Shown piece by piece: positions 1-9,321 of a DNA stretch of 64,000 bases; the first letter of the stretch is position 1, and the number at the start of each line of letters is the position of its first letter. Source of the DNA: Rikenellaceae bacterium. GTDB taxonomy: Bacteria; Bacteroidota; Bacteroidia; Bacteroidales; Rikenellaceae. Below the pieces are notes generated by a model. That model ran no database searches, was not told the DNA's origin, and was given only the letters and a program-made list of their open reading frames with translations. A program made the translations under genes and the position numbers. The stretch lies in NCBI GenBank assembly GCA_047174325.1, contig JBCQUE010000007.1, positions 6,059-70,058 of the forward strand, in the 5' to 3' direction.

Positions 1-937
1 GTGCGCTGCTGTCGATCTCGTCAACCTCCACCAACTCCAACTTCTCCAACATCCTCACACGTGACTGCACCTGATTGGTCTTGGAGTACGTCCCCTTAAA
101 TCGCTCGATGAACTCTCGGTTTTCAGCGATCATCTTCTGCTGATTATCATACGCCGCCTGCTGCTGCTCACGCCTCTCGGTACGCAGCTCTAGGTACTTT
201 GAATAGCTCACCTTATAGTCGTAAATTCTGCCCATCGTCAACTCCACTGTGCGTGTGGTGATGTTGTCGACAAACGCCTTATCGTGCGAAATGACGATCA
301 CCGAGTTCGCCTGGTTGATGATGAAACTCTCCAACCACTCAATCGACTCAATATCAAGGTGGTTCGTCGGCTCATCCAGCAGCAGTAGGGTAGGCTTCTG
401 AAGTATGATCTTCGCTAGCTCTATTCGCATCCTCCAGCCACCGCTAAACTCCGTAGTCTGCCTATCGAAATCTGTGCGTAGGAAACCTAAGCCGAGCAGT
501 GCCCGTTCAATATCTTCGTTGAAATTAGTGAGGTCGATGTCATAAAACCTCTCCGAAAGTGTGGTCACATCTTCGATGATCTGCATATACTCAGCACTCT
601 CATAATCGGTTCTAGTCTCCAACTCCTTATTGAGCCTATCTATCTCACGCTCAGCCTCAAAGAGGTGTTCAAAGGCTCTCGAAGTCTCCTCAAAAACCGT
701 GCGACCACTCTCCACCATTAAGTGCTGAGGCAGGTAACCGATCTTCCCTCCGTCATTGATGGTGATCTTGCCCCGTGTCGGGATCTTCTCGCCAGCAATG
801 ATCTTGAGGAGTGTCGATTTACCTGCTCCATTCTTGCCCATCAGGGCTATGCGATCCTTGTCGCCAATCGCAAAAGATATATCTTTAAAGAGGGTTGTAC
901 CTCCAAACTCTACCGCCAGTGCATCTACTGATACCAT
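1..937 (-). CDS. ABC-F family ATPase (3' end runs off window)
   Basis: Own translation from ATG at 937: MVSVDALAVEFGGTTLFKDISFAIGDKDRIALMGKNGAGKSTLLK (Walker A), later FSGGWRMRIELAK and LLLLDEPTNHLD; not in the ORF track because it has no stop in the window. Confidence 0.9.
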   Translation of the reverse strand, partial: MVSVDALAVEFGGTTLFKDISFAIGDKDRIALMGKNGAGKSTLLKIIAGEKIPTRGKITINDGGKIGYLPQHLMVESGRTVFEETSRAFEHLFEAEREIDRLNKELETRTDYESAEYMQIIEDVTTLSERFYDIDLTNFNEDIERALLGLGFLRTDFDRQTTEFSGGWRMRIELAKIILQKPTLLLLDEPTNHLDIESIEWLESFIINQANSVIVISHDKAFVDNITTRTVELTMGRIYDYKVSYSKYLELRTERREQQQAAYDNQQKMIAENREFIERFKGTYSKTNQVQSRVRMLEKLELVEVDEIDSSA

Positions 938-966
938 ATATTTATACAGATATTAAATTCAGGTAG

Positions 967-974
967 CAAAGGTA
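967..974 (-). promoter_or_regulatory. Bacteroidota -7 promoter box for the ABC-F gene
   Basis: TACCTTTG on the minus strand matches TAnnTTTG, ~30 nt upstream of the ATG. Confidence 0.6.
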
Positions 975-1000
975 GTAATTTTTCCGAAATAACCGAGTAT

Positions 1001-1864
1001 CTAGGGCAGAATCTTATCCCCCAAGAACGCCTTAAACTTCGATGGTGAGCCCATCTCATCGCCCGTCAATAGGTAGTAAACCATACCTGCGTCCGAGATG
1101 TCGGCAACGCCACGAGGGTGGTCATCCAAGCAGTCATAAAGCCACTGGATATTGGGGTCTTTCGATTCGAGCATCCAACGCCATACATCGAAGTTCTTCT
1201 CTGAGTTCCAACCCACCTCTGGATTCCATTTAACATTCTGATCCTTAATGCGTTTGAAGTTGATACGTCCGCCGCTGTACTCGATCGTTTGAGCCATTGT
1301 GTGGTGATAATCCCTACGGCAGTGGTTGTCGTTGTAGCCGCTGTGAGAGATAACATAGAGGTGCTTTAGAGCCTCAGCGCTACCTGAGTCGACACACTCC
1401 TTGACGCACTGATAGAGAAATTCCGAGGGTCCCATATGTATAAAGTATAGAGGGTCTTTCTCGGTCGACCTCTTAAGCTCCTTAACAAGGCTCTTCTTTG
1501 CCGCCTCAAACTGCTCCACTCCATCGAAGAATACTTTGCGATTGAACCCTAGGCGCTTGATTCCCTCCTGTGCATTTATGTGCATCATATTCTCAGCAGG
1601 TGGAGCGACAGTTCCCTCCACAAAGTTGTTGTACGAATAGTGTACTAACTGCTTGAATTTATCCGCCTTAGCCAACATCGCCATCGCTGCTGGCGTACCG
1701 CCCCAATCATCGGGATCGGCTCTGAGCCACTTATCCTTTGGGTCATCAGCGTTGTTTCCATCGGCACTGATTGCGATACGGTTGTTGTCGTAACCCCACG
1801 CTTGTGCCGAGGCTGAGGAGATGCTCATTGCCGCTAGGGTTACTAATAAGAGTTTTTGTTTCAT
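1001..1864 (-). CDS. Secreted protein of unknown function, DPDD-motif (nucleoside-hydrolase-like) family
   Basis: 287 aa, signal peptide (MKQKLLLVTLAAMSISSASAQ); motifs ADGN..DPDD, GPS, HSGYN, DISD are colinear with the 28217-29107 protein. Confidence 0.75.
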   Translation of the reverse strand: MKQKLLLVTLAAMSISSASAQAWGYDNNRIAISADGNNADDPKDKWLRADPDDWGGTPAAMAMLAKADKFKQLVHYSYNNFVEGTVAPPAENMMHINAQEGIKRLGFNRKVFFDGVEQFEAAKKSLVKELKRSTEKDPLYFIHMGPSEFLYQCVKECVDSGSAEALKHLYVISHSGYNDNHCRRDYHHTMAQTIEYSGGRINFKRIKDQNVKWNPEVGWNSEKNFDVWRWMLESKDPNIQWLYDCLDDHPRGVADISDAGMVYYLLTGDEMGSPSKFKAFLGDKILP

Positions 1865-1904
1865 ATTTTGGTCGGTTTTCGTTTTGGTTTTGGTTTTGGT
1901 TTTG
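1865..1904. repeat. GTTTTG simple repeat abutting the start codon of the 1001-1864 gene
   Basis: gttttg x4 plus degenerate copies (CAAAAC in mRNA sense). Confidence 0.85.
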
Positions 1905-1990
1905 CTGGGTAATACTGAGTAATTCTGAGTATTGCTGAGTAATTCTGAGTATTGCTATGTATCACAAAGCAAGGCTGAGTGTCACTGAGC
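1904..1990. repeat. 10-bp-period CTGAGT(A) array (TACTCAG family)
   Basis: gctgggt aatactgagt aattctgagt attgctgagt aattctgagt attgctatgt ... aaggctgagt gtcactgagc. Confidence 0.9.
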
Positions 1991-1996
1991 TAACTA

Positions 1997-2108
1997 CAAA
2001 GCTACAATCTTTTTTTCTCTTTTCCAAATAGACAAATTACACACTCGAATTTTGAGGTGAAATTGTGGCGCTAAAATTTCGTAATCCAATCTTTTTTGCA
2101 TATCTTTG
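1997..2108. promoter_or_regulatory. Divergent promoter pair (DPDD gene / sulfatase)
   Basis: TAGCTTTG on minus at 1997-2004 and TATCTTTG on plus at 2101-2108, both TAnnTTTG. Confidence 0.6.
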
Positions 2109-2161
2109 TGTGTTATTATGGTTAACATAGAATTAAATTAACAACCTAAATTATAAACGTA

Positions 2162-3787
2162 ATGAACAGATTACTTCTACTCACAGCGGCAACACTGCCA
2201 GCTGTAGCAGTAGTGGGCTCAGTCGAGGCGAAAGCCAAGGCTAAGGCTGCTAAGCAACCAAACATCCTCTACATTATGTCGGACGACCACTGTGCTGAGG
2301 GTATCGGAGCGTATGGCGGACGATTTGCACCGCTCAACCCAACCCCAAATATCGACCGTATCGGTAAGGAGGGTATCATTATGCAGAACGCATTCTGCAC
2401 AAACGGTATCAGTACCCCATCTCGTGCCTGCATCGTATCGGGTCAGTATAGCCAAACGACAGGTATTATGGACTTTGAGGAGCCTCTGGCGATCGAGAAA
2501 CAGCACTTGCCAATCGAGATGAAGAAGTTGGGCTACCAAACTGCAATCATCGGTAAGTGGCACTTAGGAAACCAGCCCGAGATGTTCGATTACTACAACG
2601 TATTCTATGGTCAGGGCGAGTACTACAACCCAATTCTGTGCGAGAAGAATGAGCAGGATAAGGTTAAGAAGGGCGGTAAAATGATACTCGGTCACCAATT
2701 CCAAGGTCACGTATCGGATGTGATGGGCGACTTGGTTCTCGATTGGTTCCAGAACAAGCGTGATAAGGATAAACCATTCTTCTTCTGTTATCAAGACAAA
2801 GCGCCACACGACCTTTTCGAGTTCAATAAGGAGAAGTACTCGGAGTACCTAGAGGATACATTTATGCCCGAGCCAGCATCGTTGTGGAACAATCACGAAC
2901 ACGGATCTGTTGCATCTCGTGGATATAACGACTCGATGCGTGATACGATCGGTTCGTCGATTGGTCGCCGTAACGTGATTCGTAATATGGGCACAGACCT
3001 TAAGATGAATATTCCAGACTCTGCCTCTGATTTCGAATACAAGCGCCTCGCTTATCAGGAGTATATGAAGTGGTACTTCCGCTGCGTAAAGGGCGTTGAC
3101 GACAATGTTGGTCGAGTATTCGAGTATCTTGAGAAGGAGGGGTTGATGGATAACACAATCATCATCTACACAGGCGATCAAGGTTTCTTCCTCGGCGAGC
3201 ACGATTACATCGACAAGAGATGGATGTATGACGAGACACAGCGTATGCCCTTTATGGTGCGCTACCCAGCGAAGATCAAGGCTGGATCGTCATCTGAGGC
3301 TATCGTGAACAACGTTGACTACGCTGGAACGATCATCGATATGGCTGGCGGCAAAGTGCCTGACTATATGCAGGGAGAGTCATTCAAGGAGATTCTTTAT
3401 AACGATGGCAAAGAGCCAGCTGATTGGAAGCAGGCAACGTATTACCGCTACTGGATGCATATGGGTCACAACCACAACAATCCAGCGCACTTCGGTATTC
3501 GTACAAAAGATTACAAACTCATCTTCTTCTATGCGGAGGATTTCCGTCCCGATCGTAAGTGGGCTAAATACAACCAGTGCGTAGGCGTTAAGACACCTGT
3601 AGCGTGGGAGTTGTATGATTTGAAGAGAGATCCAAACGAGATGCAGAATGTATATGGTCGTCCAGAGTATGCTGAGGTGACAAAGAAGTTGAAGGCAGAC
3701 TTGAAGAAGATGCGTGAGGATTTGAACGAGACGGATGCGAAGTATCCAGAGATTCAAAAGGTGATCGACAAGCACTGGAACGACTAA
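2162..3787 (+). CDS. S1 formylglycine-dependent sulfatase, Ser-type, secreted
   Basis: PNILYIMSDDH, STPSRA (SxPxR), GKWHLG, GDQG, ELYDLKRDPNEMQN; N-terminal signal peptide. Confidence 0.93.
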   Translation: MNRLLLLTAATLPAVAVVGSVEAKAKAKAAKQPNILYIMSDDHCAEGIGAYGGRFAPLNPTPNIDRIGKEGIIMQNAFCTNGISTPSRACIVSGQYSQTTGIMDFEEPLAIEKQHLPIEMKKLGYQTAIIGKWHLGNQPEMFDYYNVFYGQGEYYNPILCEKNEQDKVKKGGKMILGHQFQGHVSDVMGDLVLDWFQNKRDKDKPFFFCYQDKAPHDLFEFNKEKYSEYLEDTFMPEPASLWNNHEHGSVASRGYNDSMRDTIGSSIGRRNVIRNMGTDLKMNIPDSASDFEYKRLAYQEYMKWYFRCVKGVDDNVGRVFEYLEKEGLMDNTIIIYTGDQGFFLGEHDYIDKRWMYDETQRMPFMVRYPAKIKAGSSSEAIVNNVDYAGTIIDMAGGKVPDYMQGESFKEILYNDGKEPADWKQATYYRYWMHMGHNHNNPAHFGIRTKDYKLIFFYAEDFRPDRKWAKYNQCVGVKTPVAWELYDLKRDPNEMQNVYGRPEYAEVTKKLKADLKKMREDLNETDAKYPEIQKVIDKHWND

Positions 3788-3869
3788 GTTTTTTTTAGAG
3801 TAACTAAACTAACGTTGTTAGAGTAACTAAACTAATGTTGTTAGAGTAACTGAATCTAACGTTGTTAGA
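3783..3869. repeat. 23-bp tandem array beginning on the sulfatase stop codon
   Basis: ttagagtaactaaactaacgttg at 3795, 3818, 3841; the first degenerate copy starts at actaa (stop). Confidence 0.9.
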
Positions 3870-3877
3870 TCGATTTG

Positions 3878-3905
3878 GAGGATGGCTGAAAAGTCATCCT
3901 CTTTT
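3878..3905 (+). terminator. Intrinsic terminator after the sulfatase
   Basis: gaggatggct-gaaa-agtcatcctc then tttt. Confidence 0.75.
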
Positions 3906-3912
3906 GATTTGC

Positions 3913-3948
3913 ATTAGGGGCTTTTTTATAATTAGGGGCTTTTTTATA
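3913..3948. repeat. Perfect 18-bp tandem duplication
   Basis: attaggggcttttttata x2. Confidence 0.9.
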
Positions 3949-4030
3949 AATGAATAATCTATAGCTAAAATTGTTATTTATAGAAAAAATTATTATATTT
4001 GTGATAGATAAACCAAAAAAATATAATTAT

Positions 4031-5272
4031 ATGGTAAAGGTTAAACCATTTTGCGGAATACGCCCTCCAAAGCAATATGCAGCAGAGGTTGCTTCACGTC
4101 CTTATGACGTGTTGAACTCAACCGAGGCTAAGGCTGAGGCTACTGAGCGATCACTACTTCACATCATCAAACCCGAAATCGACTTCACACCGATTGCCGA
4201 TGAGCACTCTGAGGAGGTCTATCAAAAGGCGATGGATAACTTCGCTTTGTGGCGCAAGAACGGCTGGTTGGAGCAGGATGACAAGGAGCACTATTATGTC
4301 TATGCTCAGACGATGAATGGACGTACTCAGTACGGTCTAGCAATCTGTTGTCACTTTGAGGATTACCTTACGGGGGCGATCAAGAAACACGAGCTTACGA
4401 GACCCGACAAAGAGGAGGATCGTATGATTCACGTACGCAATCAGCAGGCGAACATCGAGCCTGTATTCTTTGCATACCCCGACAATGATGAGATCGATCA
4501 GATTGTCGCTAAGATTGTTGCATCGGCTGACGCAGATTATGATTTCACGGCTGAGGATGGATTTGGACACCACTTCTGGGTGATCCGTGACGATGCAACG
4601 AATGCTCGTATCACAGAGATCTTTGCAACGATTCCAGCGTTGTATGTAGCTGATGGTCACCACCGTACGGCTGCTGCTGCACGTGTCGGACAGGAGCGTA
4701 TGGCGGCAAATCCATCGCACACTGGCGAGGAGGAGTATTGTTACTTCTTGGCGGTTACGTTCCCTGCATCACAGTTGCGTATTATCGACTATAACCGTGT
4801 TGTCAAGGATCTCAACGGCTTGTCGGCTGAGCAGTTTGTCGAGGCGTTGAAGGTTGATTTCGAGGTTGTTAAGGTTGGTAGCGAGATATACACACCTAGT
4901 GCACTTCACAACTTTGCGCTATATGTAGAGGGTGCGTGGTACTCGCTCACAGCTAAGGCTGGAACATATAACGACAGCGACCCAATCGGTGTGTTGGATG
5001 TGACTGTATTGTCAAACTTAGTGCTGGATAAGCACTTGAATATTGGCGACTTGCGTACCTCAAAGCGTATCGATTTCGTGGGTGGAATCCGTGGCTTGGG
5101 CGAGCTACAGAAGAGAGTCGATAGTGGCGATATGGTTGCAGCATTTGCGCTGTATCCCGTCTCGATGGATCAGTTGATCAACATCGCTGACTCGGGAAAT
5201 ATTATGCCTCCGAAGACGACGTGGTTCGAGCCAAAACTTCGCTCTGGAGTTGTTATTCACTCTTTTGAGTAG
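4031..5272 (+). CDS. DUF1015 family protein
   Basis: SRPYDV, IKKHELTR, YVADGHHR, MPPKTTWFEPKLRSG motifs; ATG 4031 chosen over TTG 3971 because TATATTTG promoter box lies at 3994-4001. Confidence 0.9.
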   Translation: MVKVKPFCGIRPPKQYAAEVASRPYDVLNSTEAKAEATERSLLHIIKPEIDFTPIADEHSEEVYQKAMDNFALWRKNGWLEQDDKEHYYVYAQTMNGRTQYGLAICCHFEDYLTGAIKKHELTRPDKEEDRMIHVRNQQANIEPVFFAYPDNDEIDQIVAKIVASADADYDFTAEDGFGHHFWVIRDDATNARITEIFATIPALYVADGHHRTAAAARVGQERMAANPSHTGEEEYCYFLAVTFPASQLRIIDYNRVVKDLNGLSAEQFVEALKVDFEVVKVGSEIYTPSALHNFALYVEGAWYSLTAKAGTYNDSDPIGVLDVTVLSNLVLDKHLNIGDLRTSKRIDFVGGIRGLGELQKRVDSGDMVAAFALYPVSMDQLINIADSGNIMPPKTTWFEPKLRSGVVIHSFE

Positions 5273-5287
5273 GGGGCGCTAAACTAG

Positions 5288-5492
5288 GTTGAGTAAAGCT
5301 GAGTAGGACTGAGTAATCACTGAGTAAGGCTGGGTAATTCTGAGTAGGACTGTACAGCCAGTCGCTCAGAAATTACTCAGCCTTACTCAGTGATTACTCA
5401 GCCTTACTCAGAGCTACTCAGCCTTACTCAGAGCTACTCAGCCCTACTCAGAGCTACTCAGCCTTACTCAGAGCTACTCAGCCCTACTCAGC
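5288..5492. repeat. Inverted CTGAGTA/TACTCAG decamer array forming a long hairpin
   Basis: ~6 CTGAGTA units, centre gactg-tacagc-cagtc, then ~13 TACTCAG units. Confidence 0.95.
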
Positions 5493-5495
5493 CAC

Positions 5496-5527
5496 AAAAA
5501 AAGAGCCCGAAGGCTCTTCTTTTTTTA
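5496..5527. terminator. Bidirectional terminator between DUF1015 and serA
   Basis: aaaaaaagagcc-cgaa-ggctcttctttttttt. Confidence 0.85.
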
Positions 5528-5546
5528 TCTAACAACAAGCAGAGGT

Positions 5547-6470
5547 CTACTTGTTAACTTGGAACTTCGTAACACCATCCTTAAGGAATCCAACGATCTG
5601 TGAAGCAGCCGCAAGACCAGCATTGATGTTAGCCTCAGCGCTCTCAGCACCCATCTTCTTAGATGTAGCGAAGTAACGCTTACCAAACTTCTCCTTCATC
5701 TCAGCATCTGTTGCTGGCGCAATATCAGAGATGTACTTCAAATCTGTACGCTCCTCCATCGCCTTAATCATTCCCGCCTCATCGATAACCTCCTTACGAG
5801 CCGTGTTCACCAACGTTGCACCCTTAGGCATAGATGTCAATAGGTCGTAACCGATCGAACCCTTAGTCTGAGGTGTTGCTGGAATATGCAGCGACAAGAA
5901 GTTAGCACGTGAGTAGAGCTCCTCGATAGAGCCAACCTGCTCAACACCATCATTTGTAAATACCGAAGGATCAGCGACAAATGGATCAAACGCAATAACA
6001 TTCATTCCCATAGCCTTACCCTTAAGACCAACCAAACGACCAACATTACCGTAAGCGTGGATAGCTAGGGTCTTACCCTGAATCTCGCTACCTGTGCCTG
6101 GTGTGAATTGATTACGAGACATAAAGATCATCATCGATAGAGCCAACTCCGCTACAGCGTTAGAGTTCTGACCCGGTGTATTCATCACAACGATGCCCTT
6201 CTCAGTAGCCGCTGCCAAATCCACATTGTCATAACCTGCACCTGCACGAACCACAATCTTAAGCTGCTGAGCCGCCGCAATAACCTCTGCAGTAACCTTA
6301 TCCGAACGGATAATGAGCGCATCAGCATCAGCCACAGCCGCCAACAAATCAGCCTTATCTGTGTACTTCTCCAATAGAGCGATCTGGTAACCAGCTGCCG
6401 CTACTACATCCTTAATTCCATCAACCGCCTCTTTAGCGAATGGTTTCTCTGTTGCAACTAAAACTTTCAT
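5547..6470 (-). CDS. serA: D-3-phosphoglycerate dehydrogenase (short form)
   Basis: RAGAGYDNVD, NTPGQNSNAVAEL, LVNTAR; directly follows serC. Confidence 0.9.
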   Translation of the reverse strand: MKVLVATEKPFAKEAVDGIKDVVAAAGYQIALLEKYTDKADLLAAVADADALIIRSDKVTAEVIAAAQQLKIVVRAGAGYDNVDLAAATEKGIVVMNTPGQNSNAVAELALSMMIFMSRNQFTPGTGSEIQGKTLAIHAYGNVGRLVGLKGKAMGMNVIAFDPFVADPSVFTNDGVEQVGSIEELYSRANFLSLHIPATPQTKGSIGYDLLTSMPKGATLVNTARKEVIDEAGMIKAMEERTDLKYISDIAPATDAEMKEKFGKRYFATSKKMGAESAEANINAGLAAASQIVGFLKDGVTKFQVNK

Positions 6471-6481
6471 ATACTTATGTA

Positions 6482-7552
6482 TTATTTGTTCATCGCCTCA
6501 AACTCCTGCATACAAGCGATCAACGCCTCTACGCTCTCTTTTGGAAGTGCGTTGTAGCACGAAGCACGGAATCCACCAACCAAACGGTGACCCTTAACGC
6601 CAACCATTCCCTTGCCCTTAGCGAACTCCATAAATGCTGGTGCCTTCTCCTCGTTGCCCTCGCTCATCACGAAGCAGATGTTCATCATCGAACGATCCTC
6701 CACCTTAGCTGTGCCAACGAACATTGAGTTGCGCTCGATCTCAGAGTAAAGCAACTGAGCCTTCACTACATTGCGTCTCTCGATCTCCTTGATACCACCG
6801 ATCGACTTCACCCACTTCAGCACCTCATTGATAACGAAGATAGGGAATACAGGAGGTGTATTGAACATAGAGTTGTTCGATACGTGTGTGTTATAGTTAA
6901 CCATCGATGGCAAATTCTCATTCACCTTCTCCAGCATATCATCACGGATGATAACAAACGCAACACCTGCAGGTCCCAAGTTCTTCTGAGCACCACCATA
7001 GATCATAGCGTACTTAGTAACATCGATCTCGTGGCTCAAGATATCTGAACTCATATCAGCGATAAGAGGCACTGGGCAATCAATATCTGTGTGATACTCA
7101 GTACCGTAGATAGTGTTGTTCGATGTGATGTGAACATAATCCAGATCAGCAGGGATCTCAACACCCTTAGGGATATAGGTAAAGTTTGCATCGGCAGAGT
7201 TAGCCAACTCAACAACCTCTCCATATACCTTAGCCTCTTTAAGAGCCTTCTTCGACCATACACCAGTGTTGATGTAACCAGCCTTAGTTTTAAGGAAGTT
7301 AGCAGGCACATTAAAAAACTGAGTGCTTGCGCCACCACCTAAGAAGATGATTTTGTAGTTGTCGGGGACATTCAAAAGCTCCTTAAGCAGCGCTTTAGCC
7401 TCGGCGAGCACATCTTCAAAATCTTTTGTGCGGTGAGAGATCGATAGCAGAGAGAGTCCAGAGCCATTAAGATCGATGATTGCCTTTGCGGCCGTTTCGA
7501 GAACCTCTTGCGGAAGGATCGATGGTCCCGCATTGAAATTGTGCTTTTTCAT
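6482..7552 (-). CDS. serC: Phosphoserine aminotransferase
   Basis: [41 protein letters not shown]. Confidence 0.97.
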   Translation of the reverse strand: MKKHNFNAGPSILPQEVLETAAKAIIDLNGSGLSLLSISHRTKDFEDVLAEAKALLKELLNVPDNYKIIFLGGGASTQFFNVPANFLKTKAGYINTGVWSKKALKEAKVYGEVVELANSADANFTYIPKGVEIPADLDYVHITSNNTIYGTEYHTDIDCPVPLIADMSSDILSHEIDVTKYAMIYGGAQKNLGPAGVAFVIIRDDMLEKVNENLPSMVNYNTHVSNNSMFNTPPVFPIFVINEVLKWVKSIGGIKEIERRNVVKAQLLYSEIERNSMFVGTAKVEDRSMMNICFVMSEGNEEKAPAFMEFAKGKGMVGVKGHRLVGGFRASCYNALPKESVEALIACMQEFEAMNK

Positions 7553-7634
7553 AAGATGTATTAAAATTGTATTTTTTAGTTATTATAACCCTTCGCAGTG
7601 TGAAACAAATCACAGTGCATAATATTTTAAGACA

Positions 7635-7734
7635 CAAAGCTAATAATTATTTTTTAAAAAATTGCATATTATTCATTTTTTTTGTTATAAAAAGTTACTA
7701 ACGCCCCTAATCTAAATAATTATTAGTATATTTG
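7635..7734. promoter_or_regulatory. Divergent promoter pair (serC / yicC)
   Basis: TAGCTTTG minus at 7635-7642; TATATTTG plus at 7727-7734. Confidence 0.6.
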
Positions 7735-7765
7735 TGCTTAATTATATTTTCAGGTATTTTCAACT

Positions 7766-8641
7766 ATGATACGATCAATGACAGGCTTCGGGCGATGCGA
7801 AACAGCTCTCGAAGGGAAGAAGATAGCGGTGGAGATCCGCACATTAAACTCCAAACAACTCGACCTATCGTTAAGGTTGCCAGCTCTATATCGAGCTGTG
7901 GAGTTTGACGTTCGGAGTGTTGTAGGCAGTGGTGTGGAGCGTGGAAAGTGTGAGGTAACGGTCTCGTTTACAAATAGTTCCGTGCAGAGTGCAGCGGTCG
8001 TAAATGAGCCTCTTTTTGTGGAGTACTGCTCTCAGATCCGTTCGGCATTGGCTGCTGCAGGCGTTGCAGGCGAGGTGATGGAGGCTACGGCTGTTAGCGC
8101 ACTCAGGTTACCAGACGTTATCACAACTCGTGTGGAGAGTATCGCTGAGGGCGAAACAGAGGCTCTGATGGAGTGCTGCCGTGAGGCGGTGGCTCAACTC
8201 AACTCATTTAGAGAGCAGGAGGGAGCAATCCTTATCGCCGATATTCTCAACCGAGTATCGCTAATCGAGAGTTATATGAGCGCTGTAGCGCCATTCGAAA
8301 GACCACGTGTAGAGGCTATCAGGCAACGTATCCGTGAGCGCATCGAGAACGAAAAGATCCCTGTCGATAGCGGCAGACTAGAGGCAGAGATGATCTTTTA
8401 TGTAGAGAAACTCGACATCACAGAGGAGAAGGTGAGGCTCGCAAACCACTGCAAATACTTCCGTGAGGTGGTCACAGAGGAGCAGGGTGTGGGTCGCAAA
8501 CTCGGTTTCATCGCTCAGGAGATGGGGCGTGAGATCAACACGATGGGATCTAAATCCAACGATGCCGATATGCAGCGATTGGTGGTGCAGATGAAGGATG
8601 AGTTGGAGAAGATCAAAGAGCAAGTTCTCAACGTACTTTAG
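7766..8641 (+). CDS. yicC: YicC/YloC family endoribonuclease
   Basis: MIRSMTGFG, KLDITEE, GRKLGFIAQEMGREINTMGSK. Confidence 0.95.
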   Translation: MIRSMTGFGRCETALEGKKIAVEIRTLNSKQLDLSLRLPALYRAVEFDVRSVVGSGVERGKCEVTVSFTNSSVQSAAVVNEPLFVEYCSQIRSALAAAGVAGEVMEATAVSALRLPDVITTRVESIAEGETEALMECCREAVAQLNSFREQEGAILIADILNRVSLIESYMSAVAPFERPRVEAIRQRIRERIENEKIPVDSGRLEAEMIFYVEKLDITEEKVRLANHCKYFREVVTEEQGVGRKLGFIAQEMGREINTMGSKSNDADMQRLVVQMKDELEKIKEQVLNVL

Positions 8642-8647
8642 TTAGGA

Positions 8648-8678
8648 GGGGAGCTAGCTCCCTTTTAGCTTTGGCTTG
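8648..8678 (+). repeat. REP-like palindromic element (copy 1)
   Basis: ggggagctagctcccttttagctttggcttg; reverse complement (one T fewer) at 55166-55195. Confidence 0.85.
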
Positions 8679-8682
8679 TCTG

Positions 8683-8717
8683 TATGAGTTGTAAATTGTG
8701 AGTTATGAGTTGTGGGT
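8683..8717. repeat. Heptamer array (5 units)
   Basis: tatgagt tgtaaat tgtgagt tatgagt tgtgggt; same motif as 45124-45227 on the other strand. Confidence 0.8.
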
Positions 8718-8751
8718 CTATATATAAATATAGGTATAATTATGTCAATGT

Positions 8752-9321
8752 ATGTCAATGCGTAAATTAATAATTTTTTCAGCCCCTAGTGGATCGGGCA
8801 AGAGCACTATCGTTGGGCAGTTGTTGGAGCAATTTCCACAGCTAGAGTTCTCGGTGTCGGCAACATCTCGTGCGCCACGTGGTGCTGAGCAGGATGGTGT
8901 GGAGTATCATTTCCTTACCCAAGATGAGTTTGCAGAGCGAGTTAGCCGTGGTGAGTTTGTCGAGTGGGAAGAGGTCTACCAAGGCACTTGCTACGGGACG
9001 TTACACAGCGAGATGGAGCGCATTTGGAGCAAAGGCAATGTAATTATATTTGATGTAGATGTTGTTGGTGGTCTGAGACTTAAGAGCATCTTCGGAGAGG
9101 CTGCGCTATCGATATTTGTGATGCCGCCATCGGTCGAGGAGCTTCGCCGTAGGCTCGTAGGCAGGGCTACAGATAGCGCCGAGGTGATCGAAAAACGTGT
9201 GGCAAAGGCTGAGCAGGAGATCGCCAAATCGCCTGAATTTGACTCGGTCGTGGTGAACGATGTTCTCTCGGAGGCTGTGGCTCAAACTGCAGAGATCATC
9301 ACCAAATTCCTCGCTCAATAA
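8752..9321 (+). CDS. gmk: Guanylate kinase
   Basis: APSGSGKST, SATSRAPR, YGT, DVDVVG. Confidence 0.97.
   Translation: MSMRKLIIFSAPSGSGKSTIVGQLLEQFPQLEFSVSATSRAPRGAEQDGVEYHFLTQDEFAERVSRGEFVEWEEVYQGTCYGTLHSEMERIWSKGNVIIFDVDVVGGLRLKSIFGEAALSIFVMPPSVEELRRRLVGRATDSAEVIEKRVAKAEQEIAKSPEFDSVVVNDVLSEAVAQTAEIITKFLAQ

Noticed and set aside
1904-5492. Recombinase-driven invertible promoter or shufflon
   Set aside because: No recombinase in the window and the inverted sequences are degenerate arrays, not discrete crossover sites; kept only as a possible historical inversion.
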